Source: Telmatocola sphagniphila (GTDB lineage: Bacteria > Planctomycetota > Planctomycetia > Gemmatales > Gemmataceae). From it: DNA of 32,000 nt. Below are positions 1 to 9,685 of this stretch, piece after piece; positions within the stretch are counted from its first letter, which is position 1; every line of letters starts with the position of its first letter. The notes beneath the pieces are model-generated. The model was not told the DNA's origin. It did no database searches and worked only from the letters and a program-made list of their open reading frames with translations. Location of the stretch: NCBI RefSeq assembly GCF_018398935.1, contig NZ_CP074694.1, positions 120,001 through 152,000 of the forward strand, read 5' to 3'. The position numbers and the translations under genes were made by a program.

Positions 1-1
1 G

Positions 2-1066
<1,065 letters not shown>

Positions 1067-1280
1067 AAGCTCAGTTTTAATTTTTTCAGCCAGTGGGAGC
1101 CTTCTTGCTGGCTTGCTATTTTGCCCGGCTTATCCAGCCTTCCAGAATTCGTGCAATTCGACATTTCAGATCTCATATTGCCTATTTGCGCAAGTGTCTG
1201 TTACGATCTCGTATCAGGAATAGACCCCTCTCTTCCCGGGCTGCGAATAATGCTAGCAAGCCCGGCACAGGAGTTCGCGA

Positions 1281-4200
1281 ATGCTACGGATCAGCACCTG
1301 GTTATTGTTGGTTTCCATTTCACTATTTGCTTCCTTCGGCTGCGGCGGCCAGAACCCCGGCGGTGATGCCCGCGCACTCGCCCGAATCGAAGAAAAAATC
1401 GAGCGGGAAGAGCGGAAAGCCGAGGCCGAGTTGCCTCCCGAACCCAAACTCAGCCCCGAGGAACGCTACTCGCTGGCGGTGGCCGATGCTTTTCGCCTGA
1501 TGGCGGAAATGAAGCACGAAGACGCCTTGGTGAAACTGCGGGCTGCTCTGGAAGCACAGAAGACCGATTTCGTCGTCGCGGAAATCGAACGGCTCGAACG
1601 CGATCTGAAACAGAAGTCGATTGCGGAAAAAACGGCGGCCGATATTCGAGCCATTTTGCAGGCGGGCAAACCCGAAGAAGCCTCGCGTCTGGCTTCCGAC
1701 GCCTTGCTGCAGTTCGGCGACAGCGAAATCGCAGTGGTTTTGACGCAGATCAAAAAAGAGGCCGATGCCATCCTCAGTGCGGAACTGGGGGAAGGAAACA
1801 AAAAACAGCGTTTCCGCCAGGAAGCCCTGCAAGCTCTGGAAGCCAAAAATATTCGGGCGGCTTTGATCAGCTACGACCAGGCCGTGGCCAATGGCGAGAA
1901 CGATCCCGAATTGAAAGCCAAATTTGAAGGGTACCGCAACGCCTTGCAGCAGTACGAAGAAACGCGCAGTCAGGCGATCGAACTGCGCAAGGATTCCGGC
2001 AAAGTTGATCTCGCGCTAGCGACTTTCCAGAAAGCCAAGGAGATCTGGCCCACTTCCCAGGTGCAACAGGATATTCAGGAAACCGAACTGGTCATCGCCA
2101 ATCGCCGGCCGCGCGTTGCCATCGGACACTTTGAAGTCATCGGCGATGTGGGAATTCCCAATGTGGGACAGGCCATCGCGGAGGAAATTCTGCCGCACTT
2201 CCGCGGCAAGTACGATATCGTCGAACACTCGCAGGTCCGGGAAGTCGTCGAGCAATTGAAACTCGGCGACACCAACTGGGCTAACGATCAGAAAACGTTC
2301 GGACAGGTCGGACAGATCGTCAAAGCCAACTATATGGTCGTCGGAAGCGTTTCGAAAATTTTCGGCATCTCCGTGAACGCCCGACTGGTGGATGTGAATT
2401 CCGGCCTGGTGGTACAAACGGCCAAGGTAGTCGCAGGCACCCCGGAAGAACTGGTCAAGAAGTTACCTTCTCTGGCTCGTATTCTTCAGATGAACGATCA
2501 GGAAAAGGTCGCGTTTGAGATGGAGATCGCCAAGGCGGAGACGATTCAGCCAGCACCGGTATCCGCGGCAATCGCCGCCCCTCCCCCCGCCGCGACGACA
2601 GAAAATATCACTATCAACGCGGCCCCCGGCTCGACCGTAATCATCAACAGTGCGCGGCCCCCGGAATATGGGGGAATTACGGCTGCGGAATTTGCTCAGG
2701 TGGCACAAGCCCCTCCTTCCGGTACAGTCGTGATCGTCGAAGCTCCGATGAATGTCCGCCAGCGTTCGCTTTTCGTGGCGTTGGAGATAGGCGACGATCT
2801 CTATCGCCGACGTCGGTTTGCCGAAGCTCTTCGTTACTATGAATTCGCACTCACACTCGCTCCCGATATGCCCGATATTCGCGTCCGAATCGATAACTGC
2901 CGGCCCTTTTTGGGATTCGGCAACGTCGTTGTTGTCGTCAACGCACTCCCGCGACTGGCCGTGTTGCCCTTCGCGGAATTCGGTAATCCCTATGTGATTC
3001 CACCGGGCACCGGCGTCTGGACCGCCGATAATCTGGCGTATCAGTTCAGCGGCATGTACGAAATCGTCGACCGGGGCGAACTGTTCTGGTGGATGGGCCG
3101 ATTGGGACTCAGTGTCCGCGATGTAATGATGAACCCCAGCGCCCGGCTCTGTCTGGCTCGTGCGATGAATACCCGCTTCTTTTTGATGGGTTCCATTCAG
3201 GGGTCTCCGGAAGTTCCGGGCATGGATGTGACCACTAATTTGATTGACGTGGAAACGGGTGGGCAGATCGGCTCGGCCCTGATGCACGTTCGCGATTCTT
3301 TCGAACTGAAATGCCGGATGCGCGAACTGGCTCAAGTCACGGTGATGCCGCCGGCGCAACGAGTGGTCTATGTTCAGCAGCAGGTGGTAGTCCAGCAGCG
3401 GATGGCCACGGCGGAAATCAACATTCGTTCCGGTAAATTCAGTCTGGCGATCGGCTTCTACGAAGAAGAACTCGTCCGCCAGCCGAATAACACCCAGATA
3501 TTGATTCAACTCGATTTTGCCCGACGTCGTAATCGGGAACAGGAGTTGGAAGCAGCTCGCTACCACGCTTACATGGAGCAGCAGGCCCGCATCAAGCGCG
3601 ACGAAGATGCCCGCGTGAAACTGGCGATCAAGCTGGAAGCCGAAAAGGCCAAAGCGGAACGCAATGCCGCTATCGTGACCGCCGTCGAAAATCAGAAAAA
3701 TCAGCAATACCGCTTGATTGCACAACAGGATCTGTTGCGGCAAGCCCGCACTTACCTTCAGCAAGCTCAGTATCAGCCTTCGCTGAATGCTTATCAGGTC
3801 GCTTACAACATGAGCCCCAACGATGCCATTCTGCAGGAAATGGCCGTGGCTCGTCAGCAGGCCGACCGCCAGACTCAGGCTCGAAACGCTCAGTTCGCCG
3901 CCAATCAGCAAGTCATGGCCAAGGCACAGCAACAGCAGCAGATTGCCCGAGTTCAGCCATTGATTGCTCAACAGCAGCAGACTCAGGCCGCGGCCATTCA
4001 ACAGCAGCGACAGGCCTTGATGCAACGCGATCAGCAGGAATATCAGCAGCTGATGGCCGCTGGGAAGCAAGCTCAGGCGGCTCAGAACTGGAAGCAGGCA
4101 GTCGCTTCCTACCAGGCGGCCTACCGTTTGAATCAGACTCCGGAAAGTCACCAATTGGCGAGCAACGCCGTGAACGAGTTGGCACGTGCGGAAGCAGCGG

Positions 4201-6380
4201 CCAAGGGCGATGCTCAAAAGAGGGCTTTCGAGGCACAACTCGCTCAGGAAAACGCTCGCAAACAAGCGGCCGAAGCTGCGGCACAGGTGAACAAGCAGAA
4301 GTATGAAGCCGCGATGCAGGCTGCCCGTCAGGCACATGCCGCCAAGCAATTGGCCCAGGCCGAAGCTCAGTACAACGCGGCTCTGGCGATTAACCGTACC
4401 CAGGAAGTCGAAGCAGCGTTACGTCAACTGCGCGACGAACAGGCCAAGGCCAACGCGGCAGGCGAAGCGCAAAAGAAAGCCCAGATGGAAGCCGCACGCA
4501 AACAACAGGAATTCGATAAGGCGTTTGCGACTGGAAAATCGGCTTCCAGCAGCGGTAAGTACGACGAAGCGATTACCTCCTTCAAGCTGGCCTCTAACTT
4601 GAAGCCAGACGATACGGCCGTGAAAGCCGAATTGCTCAAGGTCGAGCAGGCTAAGAACAAGGCCCGTATGGACGCCGTCTCCAAGACGAATCTGGCGGAC
4701 TTGGAAAAGCAAAACGCACAAGCGGCCGAAGCTCGTGCGGCCCAGGCCAAGAGAGAAGCGAACATGAAAGCCGCGGCCGACGCCAAGGCCGCTAACGAAG
4801 CCAAGCTTGCCCAGCAGAAAAAGGAAATGGAGCAGGCGGAGGCTAAAAGGTTAGCCGATGCCAAGGCTGCGAATGACGGGAAGGCAGCCGAAATGCGTAA
4901 GCAGGCCGAAGCCGCCCAGGCCAAACGGGATGCGGACGCCAAGAGCAAAATGGATATGGAAGTTCGCCAGGCTCAGATGAAAAAAGAGGCCGAGCAGGCC
5001 AAGCTGAAGCAGGATGAGAATAGCCAACAGGCGGCCCAGCAGGCGGCCAAGATGAAGAACTTCCTGACGGCCGCCGAGCAGGCCGTGAATGCCAAACGCT
5101 ACGATTCCGCTGAAGGGCTGCTGGCGGAAGCTCGCAAGATCAACCCGAATGACCCGGGCATCGCCAATCTGGAAAAACAGATTACGGCGGGTAAAGCGGC
5201 GGCCTCGAGTGCTCAGATGGCCGCGCAGGATACGGCCAAAAAGCAGCAGGCTTATAACGACGCCATCCAGAAAGGTCGCACAGCCTATGGCAGTCGCGAT
5301 TTCGACGGGGCCATCGAACATTTTCACGATGCTCTGAAAGCCATGCCGAATGATCGCACGGCGACTTCCTTCCTGGCTCAGACCGAACAGGCCAAGAAGG
5401 AGTTCGCGGCAAGCAATGCGGCGATGGCGGCTGAGCAGGAAAAGAAGAAGAACTACGATGCCGCCATGGCTAAAGGCCAACAGGCACTGCAAGCTAAGCA
5501 GTACGCCCAAGCCAAGGCAGCTTTCCAGGAAGCCCTGCGGTACAACCCGAACGATGCGACGGCCACTCGAGCAATCGCCCAGGCTGATCAGGCACAGCAA
5601 GCCGCGATGGCGCCGCCGAAGGTCGACCCGGTCACTCCGCCTAAGATTGAAACGCCGAATACGAATCCTCGAGTGACTTTCAATCAGTTAATGGCTCAGA
5701 CCCGCGCGGCGATGGCTCAACGTAAATACGACGATGCCAACGCCTCTATCACGCAGGCGCTGAAGTTGTTCCCCAACGATCCGGATGCTCTGAAACTGCA
5801 GGCCGATTTGAAGACGGCTATGGCACCGGCTGGTCAGCCCGCGCAGCCCAAGTCGCCCACGCAGCCGATGAACCCGGCACCGGCGACCGATCCCAAGGCG
5901 GCGGCTTTTGCGCAGTACATGCAGCAGGCCAAGACGTTGTTCGCGGCCAATCGTCTGCTCGAAGCTAATGGTAACGTGACCGAAGCTTTGAAGCTGGTGC
6001 CGACCGATCCGGAAGCCACCAAGTTGCATCAGCAGATTCAGGCGGCGATGCAGCAGCCGAAGAAGGACAACCCGCCAGCACAGCCGAATCCTCAGGCCCA
6101 GATTCAGCAGTACGTGGGCAATGCTCAGGCCATGGAGCAACGAGGAAAATTTGCGGAAGCCGGTCAGAATTACGATGCCGCTCTCCGGCTGAATCCGAGC
6201 GATGCGAATCTCAAGAAACGGGGCGACTTCTGTAAATTCATGGCCAGCGGGCAGCGAAATCGAACCGGCGGAAAGTTTGCCGATGCCGAGAACGATTTCA
6301 ATAATGCCTTAAAGCTCTATCCGACCGATGCGGACGCCAAGACCGAACTGGCTAAGGCGAAGCGGAAGGATCGGAGCTGA
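1281..6380 (+). CDS. Giant (1,699 aa) putative lipoprotein: two CsgG/LpoB-like small periplasmic modules, a Gln/Ala/Lys-rich coiled coil, and many isolated TPR-like units
   Basis: ATG at 1281 is preceded by AGGAG (1270-1274). The N-terminus 'MLRISTWLLLVSISLFASFG-C' is a signal peptide with Cys21 (non-canonical lipobox). It is a single uninterrupted 5.1-kb ORF. Repeated units have the form [KR][YF][DA]xAxxxxxxAL[KR]LxP[NTS]D. Confidence 0.85.
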   Translation: MLRISTWLLLVSISLFASFGCGGQNPGGDARALARIEEKIEREERKAEAELPPEPKLSPEERYSLAVADAFRLMAEMKHEDALVKLRAALEAQKTDFVVAEIERLERDLKQKSIAEKTAADIRAILQAGKPEEASRLASDALLQFGDSEIAVVLTQIKKEADAILSAELGEGNKKQRFRQEALQALEAKNIRAALISYDQAVANGENDPELKAKFEGYRNALQQYEETRSQAIELRKDSGKVDLALATFQKAKEIWPTSQVQQDIQETELVIANRRPRVAIGHFEVIGDVGIPNVGQAIAEEILPHFRGKYDIVEHSQVREVVEQLKLGDTNWANDQKTFGQVGQIVKANYMVVGSVSKIFGISVNARLVDVNSGLVVQTAKVVAGTPEELVKKLPSLARILQMNDQEKVAFEMEIAKAETIQPAPVSAAIAAPPPAATTENITINAAPGSTVIINSARPPEYGGITAAEFAQVAQAPPSGTVVIVEAPMNVRQRSLFVALEIGDDLYRRRRFAEALRYYEFALTLAPDMPDIRVRIDNCRPFLGFGNVVVVVNALPRLAVLPFAEFGNPYVIPPGTGVWTADNLAYQFSGMYEIVDRGELFWWMGRLGLSVRDVMMNPSARLCLARAMNTRFFLMGSIQGSPEVPGMDVTTNLIDVETGGQIGSALMHVRDSFELKCRMRELAQVTVMPPAQRVVYVQQQVVVQQRMATAEINIRSGKFSLAIGFYEEELVRQPNNTQILIQLDFARRRNREQELEAARYHAYMEQQARIKRDEDARVKLAIKLEAEKAKAERNAAIVTAVENQKNQQYRLIAQQDLLRQARTYLQQAQYQPSLNAYQVAYNMSPNDAILQEMAVARQQADRQTQARNAQFAANQQVMAKAQQQQQIARVQPLIAQQQQTQAAAIQQQRQALMQRDQQEYQQLMAAGKQAQAAQNWKQAVASYQAAYRLNQTPESHQLASNAVNELARAEAAAKGDAQKRAFEAQLAQENARKQAAEAAAQVNKQKYEAAMQAARQAHAAKQLAQAEAQYNAALAINRTQEVEAALRQLRDEQAKANAAGEAQKKAQMEAARKQQEFDKAFATGKSASSSGKYDEAITSFKLASNLKPDDTAVKAELLKVEQAKNKARMDAVSKTNLADLEKQNAQAAEARAAQAKREANMKAAADAKAANEAKLAQQKKEMEQAEAKRLADAKAANDGKAAEMRKQAEAAQAKRDADAKSKMDMEVRQAQMKKEAEQAKLKQDENSQQAAQQAAKMKNFLTAAEQAVNAKRYDSAEGLLAEARKINPNDPGIANLEKQITAGKAAASSAQMAAQDTAKKQQAYNDAIQKGRTAYGSRDFDGAIEHFHDALKAMPNDRTATSFLAQTEQAKKEFAASNAAMAAEQEKKKNYDAAMAKGQQALQAKQYAQAKAAFQEALRYNPNDATATRAIAQADQAQQAAMAPPKVDPVTPPKIETPNTNPRVTFNQLMAQTRAAMAQRKYDDANASITQALKLFPNDPDALKLQADLKTAMAPAGQPAQPKSPTQPMNPAPATDPKAAAFAQYMQQAKTLFAANRLLEANGNVTEALKLVPTDPEATKLHQQIQAAMQQPKKDNPPAQPNPQAQIQQYVGNAQAMEQRGKFAEAGQNYDAALRLNPSDANLKKRGDFCKFMASGQRNRTGGKFADAENDFNNALKLYPTDADAKTELAKAKRKDRS

Positions 6381-6404
6381 GTTCCGACTCCGTGAGAACC
6401 GCTT

Positions 6405-7334
6405 ATGTACCTCGGCATTGAAATCGGTGGAACCAAGTTACAGGTGGCCCTGGGCCGAGGCGATGGCAAACTCTTGCAGCAGTGGCGCGGCCGGGTGGAT
6501 ACCACCCGGGGCGCTGCGGGTATCCAGGATCAGTTGAAGTGGGTCATCGCCGACATGCAACGGCTGGCCCTGCAATCCCATTCCAGCATTCAAGCGATCG
6601 GTGTCGGCTTCGGCGGTCCTATCGATCACACGAGCGGATCGATCATCAAATCGCATCAGATCACTGGCTGGGATAATTTTCCTCTCACAGATTGGCTGAA
6701 GGAAATCTCCGGCTTGCCTTGTCTGATCGGCAATGATGCCGATGTGGCCGGCCTGGGCGAGGCGATGCACGGGGCAGGTCGGGATCGCAATCCCATTTTC
6801 TACATCACCATTGGCTCTGGAATCGGTGGTGGCCTGATTATCGACAAAAAAATATATACCGGTTGTGGTCGCGGCGCGGCCGAGATCGGCCATCTGATTG
6901 TCGACAGTGCCGGTCATACTCTCGAATCGCAGGCGGCGGGCTGGTCGATCGAACGGACCGGCAATCAGCGTGCAGAAGCGGGTCAGCTCAGCGAAGAACT
7001 CTTTTTGATTTCCAGTCGACAGGGACGGCTGACCTGTCCATTAATTGCCGAAGCGGCCGCGCGGGGTGATCGTTCAGCCATCGAAATTCTCGATACGGCC
7101 ATCACACCTCTGGCGATTGCGATTCGACACGTCGTTTGTCTGCTCTGTCCGCAGCGCATTATCATCGGCGGTGGAGTCTCCCTCATGGGAGATGTCATTT
7201 TCGAACCGCTTCGCAAGCGGGTAGCCGAGCATGCCTTCCCGCCGTTTGCCGGTCTCACCGACATAGTTCCCGCCGAGTTGGGCGAAGAGGTAGTTCTGCA
7301 CGGGGCAATTGCGTTGGCGAGTCAAAGCCGCTAG
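6405..7334 (+). CDS. ROK-family sugar kinase (glucokinase-like)
   Basis: N-terminal 'YLGIEIGGTK' ATP-binding loop, 'IGNDADVAGLGE', 'ITIGSGIGGGLI' and 'AAEIGHL' follow the ROK/ASKHA pattern. The CxCGxxGC zinc motif that usually follows the GH is absent. Confidence 0.8.
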   Translation: MYLGIEIGGTKLQVALGRGDGKLLQQWRGRVDTTRGAAGIQDQLKWVIADMQRLALQSHSSIQAIGVGFGGPIDHTSGSIIKSHQITGWDNFPLTDWLKEISGLPCLIGNDADVAGLGEAMHGAGRDRNPIFYITIGSGIGGGLIIDKKIYTGCGRGAAEIGHLIVDSAGHTLESQAAGWSIERTGNQRAEAGQLSEELFLISSRQGRLTCPLIAEAAARGDRSAIEILDTAITPLAIAIRHVVCLLCPQRIIIGGGVSLMGDVIFEPLRKRVAEHAFPPFAGLTDIVPAELGEEVVLHGAIALASQSR

Positions 7335-7343
7335 ACTTTCTTA

Positions 7344-7979
7344 ATGTTGCGAATCAAAATCTGTGGGGTCACTCGACCGGAAGATCTCGCTCTGTGCTCG
7401 GAAGCGGGCGCCGATATGGTCGGCATCAACTTTTACGCGAAGTCTCCCCGGTTCGTCGATCCCCGCATCGCACTCCACCTACTTAAGAATTCGCCGCCCT
7501 GGCTTTCCACAGTCGGGGTATTCGTCGATCACACTCTGAAGCAAGCCTGTGCGCTCGCTTATCAACTCGGCTTACGTTCCATTCAATGGTACGGCACTGT
7601 GGCCGATCCGACCGATCCGATACCGTTCGCTTTCATTCCCTCGTTTCGAATCGCCGACGAAAACTCGCTCCGGCAGGTGGAAGCGTACGTGCAGAGGTGT
7701 CGCGGTTTCGGTTATTCTCCCTCGGCGCTGCTGTTCGATTCTCACGTGCAGGGAGCTCTGGGGGGAACCGGGCACAAAGCCCCCTGGGATTTGATCGCCC
7801 GTTGGAAATCGGAAATTCCAATCATCCTTGCCGGCGGCTTAACGCCGGAGAATGTGGCTGAGGCGGTTCGAACAGTTCGTCCCGCGGGGATCGATGTAGC
7901 CAGCGGCGTGGAAAGTTCGCCGGGTATCAAAGATGCTCAGAAGCTGCAACGATTCATCGAGACCGCTCGCAGCGCTTGA
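7344..7979 (+). CDS. trpF: Phosphoribosylanthranilate isomerase
   Basis: 'MLRIKICGVTRPEDL...GADMVGINFYAKSPRFV' and the C-terminal 'AGIDVASGVESSPGIKD' are the classical TrpF signature. Length is 211 aa. Confidence 0.9.
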   Translation: MLRIKICGVTRPEDLALCSEAGADMVGINFYAKSPRFVDPRIALHLLKNSPPWLSTVGVFVDHTLKQACALAYQLGLRSIQWYGTVADPTDPIPFAFIPSFRIADENSLRQVEAYVQRCRGFGYSPSALLFDSHVQGALGGTGHKAPWDLIARWKSEIPIILAGGLTPENVAEAVRTVRPAGIDVASGVESSPGIKDAQKLQRFIETARSA

Positions 7980-8124
7980 ATCCCAGAGAATTTCCGAATC
8001 CTTTGTGTTGTATCCCCGCTCGCTTTACTATAACAATTGTTCGATTGTATTTTGGCATTCACGACTTTCTTGAGATAAGTCAAAGCACGAGCAGGGTTCA
8101 CCTCCGCGACATAACGGCAAAACG

Positions 8125-8718
8125 ATGTTCACAGGTCTCGTTGAAAAATTAGCTCTCGTCCGTCACGTTCAGCCCATGGCCGATGCAGGCATCACACTCG
8201 AAATCGCCGAACCGAGTTGGGTGTCCGAAATTCAACTGGGCGAAAGTATCGCCGTGAATGGCGCCTGTTTGACGGTTGTCGAGATACTGGGCAATTCCTT
8301 CAAATTTCAGGTTGGCCCTGAAACGCTCATTAAGACCAACCTCAAGAATCTCAAGCCGAATGATCGGGTGAATCTGGAACGATCGCTTCGCGTGGGCGAT
8401 CGCCTGGGTGGGCATTTCGTGCAGGGGCATGTGGATTGCCTCGGCTCGGTGGAAAGTCGAACGAAAGAGGGGGAGTGGGAAATTCTCTGGTTCCGCGCTC
8501 CTCGGGAGATCACGCGATTGATGGTGCCGCGCGGCTCGATAGCCGTCGATGGAATTAGCTTAACGGTCGTAAACGTGGAGCCGGAGCGCTTCCAGGTCAT
8601 GCTCATACCGCATACTCTGGAGCATACCACGCTCGGGTTTCGTCAGATCGGCGATGCGATCAATCTGGAAGCCGATATGCTGGCCAAGCACGTGCAGAAA
8701 CTGCTGGAAAATCGATGA
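8125..8718 (+). CDS. ribE: Riboflavin synthase (alpha chain)
   Basis: 'MFTGLVE' N-terminus with duplicated lumazine-binding halves ('GESIAVNGACLTVV' and 'GSIAVDGISLTVV'). Length is 197 aa. Confidence 0.93.
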   Translation: MFTGLVEKLALVRHVQPMADAGITLEIAEPSWVSEIQLGESIAVNGACLTVVEILGNSFKFQVGPETLIKTNLKNLKPNDRVNLERSLRVGDRLGGHFVQGHVDCLGSVESRTKEGEWEILWFRAPREITRLMVPRGSIAVDGISLTVVNVEPERFQVMLIPHTLEHTTLGFRQIGDAINLEADMLAKHVQKLLENR

Positions 8719-9623
8719 CTCCTCCAATTCCTAATCCCCGTCAAACGCAATCCTATATCCGGGATCTGCTGCGCTCGCACGGGCTGATGCCCAAGGCCAA
8801 GCTCGGGCAAAACTTTCTGGTCGATCTCAATCTCCTTGAGATTATTCTCACGAATGCGGAGTTGAGCGAAAAAGACTCCGTTTTGGAAGTTGGCACCGGC
8901 ACCGGCAGTTTAACCGCCCGGCTAGCCAATCTGGCGGGCGCGGTGACCAGTGTGGAACTCGATCTCGATTTTCATCGTCTCGCCAAGGAAAGCTTGAATT
9001 GGCGAGAAAATGTTCAGCTGATCTATGCGGATATTCTGGCCGGTAAAAATGAACTGCGTTCGGAAGTGGTCCGTCGCTGGGAAGAATTTTCGATTGAGCG
9101 AAAGTGCGAACGAAAAAAGCTGATCGCCAATCTTCCCTATGCCGTGGCCACTCCGGTCATCGCCAATTTGCTGATTTCCGATATTGAAATCGAACGCATG
9201 GTGGTGATGGTACAGTGGGAAATGGCGGAGCGCCTGGTGGCGGTGCCCGGTACCAAGGATTATTCCTCACTCGCGGTGTTAACGCAAAGTCTTGCGGATG
9301 TGAAAGTGATTCGCAAGTTAGGGCCGGGCGTATTTTGGCCGCCGCCGGCCGTCGATTCGGCGATTGTGCTGATTCAGCCCAATCCGGAAAAGCGTCAGCG
9401 GATCGATTCGCCGCTGAAGTTTCGGGAGTTTCTGCGTAATCTTTACACGCATCGCCGTAAGAATTTGAGACAGGCCATCGTCGGCTGGCCGACTGGTAAA
9501 CTCGACAAACAGAAGGTCGATGAATTAATTGCCAGCCTGGGCATGGATGGTTCACAACGGGCCGAAATGTTAAGCTTGAACGATCATTACAGACTGTACA
9601 GCCAGTTTTGTCAGGTTTTCTGA
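8715..9623 (+). CDS. rsmA: 16S rRNA (adenine1518/1519-N6)-dimethyltransferase
   Basis: 'LGQNFLVD' and 'VLEVGTGTGSLT' SAM motifs, 'IANLPY'. The start overlaps the ribE stop (ATGA at 8715-8718). Confidence 0.92.
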   Translation: MTPPIPNPRQTQSYIRDLLRSHGLMPKAKLGQNFLVDLNLLEIILTNAELSEKDSVLEVGTGTGSLTARLANLAGAVTSVELDLDFHRLAKESLNWRENVQLIYADILAGKNELRSEVVRRWEEFSIERKCERKKLIANLPYAVATPVIANLLISDIEIERMVVMVQWEMAERLVAVPGTKDYSSLAVLTQSLADVKVIRKLGPGVFWPPPAVDSAIVLIQPNPEKRQRIDSPLKFREFLRNLYTHRRKNLRQAIVGWPTGKLDKQKVDELIASLGMDGSQRAEMLSLNDHYRLYSQFCQVF

Positions 9624-9685
9624 TCGTCCCGCATAATCCGCATACTCCTCAGTGGTCGATAGGAACACTTGCACGAGGAGTTACC

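Noticed and set aside
1087-1120. Possible terminator hairpin after the hydrolase gene (AGCCAG-N14-CTGGCT)
   Set aside because: The stem is only 6 bp with a 14-nt loop and a weak T-tract, which is not enough to call.
2463-4349. 628-aa ORF antisense to the giant lipoprotein gene, plus other long antisense ORFs at 1323-1832, 4424-4948, 4851-5600 and 5688-6140
   Set aside because: They lie entirely inside the 5.1-kb sense ORF, which has a signal peptide and coherent repeat architecture. Their products are Leu/Arg/Ser/Gly-rich nonsense. They stay open only because the Ala/Gln/Lys codon bias of the sense strand avoids antisense stops.
7980-8124. Possible FMN riboswitch (RFN element) upstream of ribE
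   Set aside because: None of the conserved RFN core segments can be found in the 145-bp leader.
9608-9685. Longer N-terminal extensions offered by the ORF track: 9608 for the E2-like gene, 14177 for hypA, 23834 for accD, 27660 for the lipoprotein, 28425 for the Zn-ribbon gene and 11843 for hypF
   Set aside because: In each case an internal ATG restores the canonical family N-terminus (MHELSLA, the signal peptide MKKHF..., MFCSNCG) and removes an overlap with the upstream gene.
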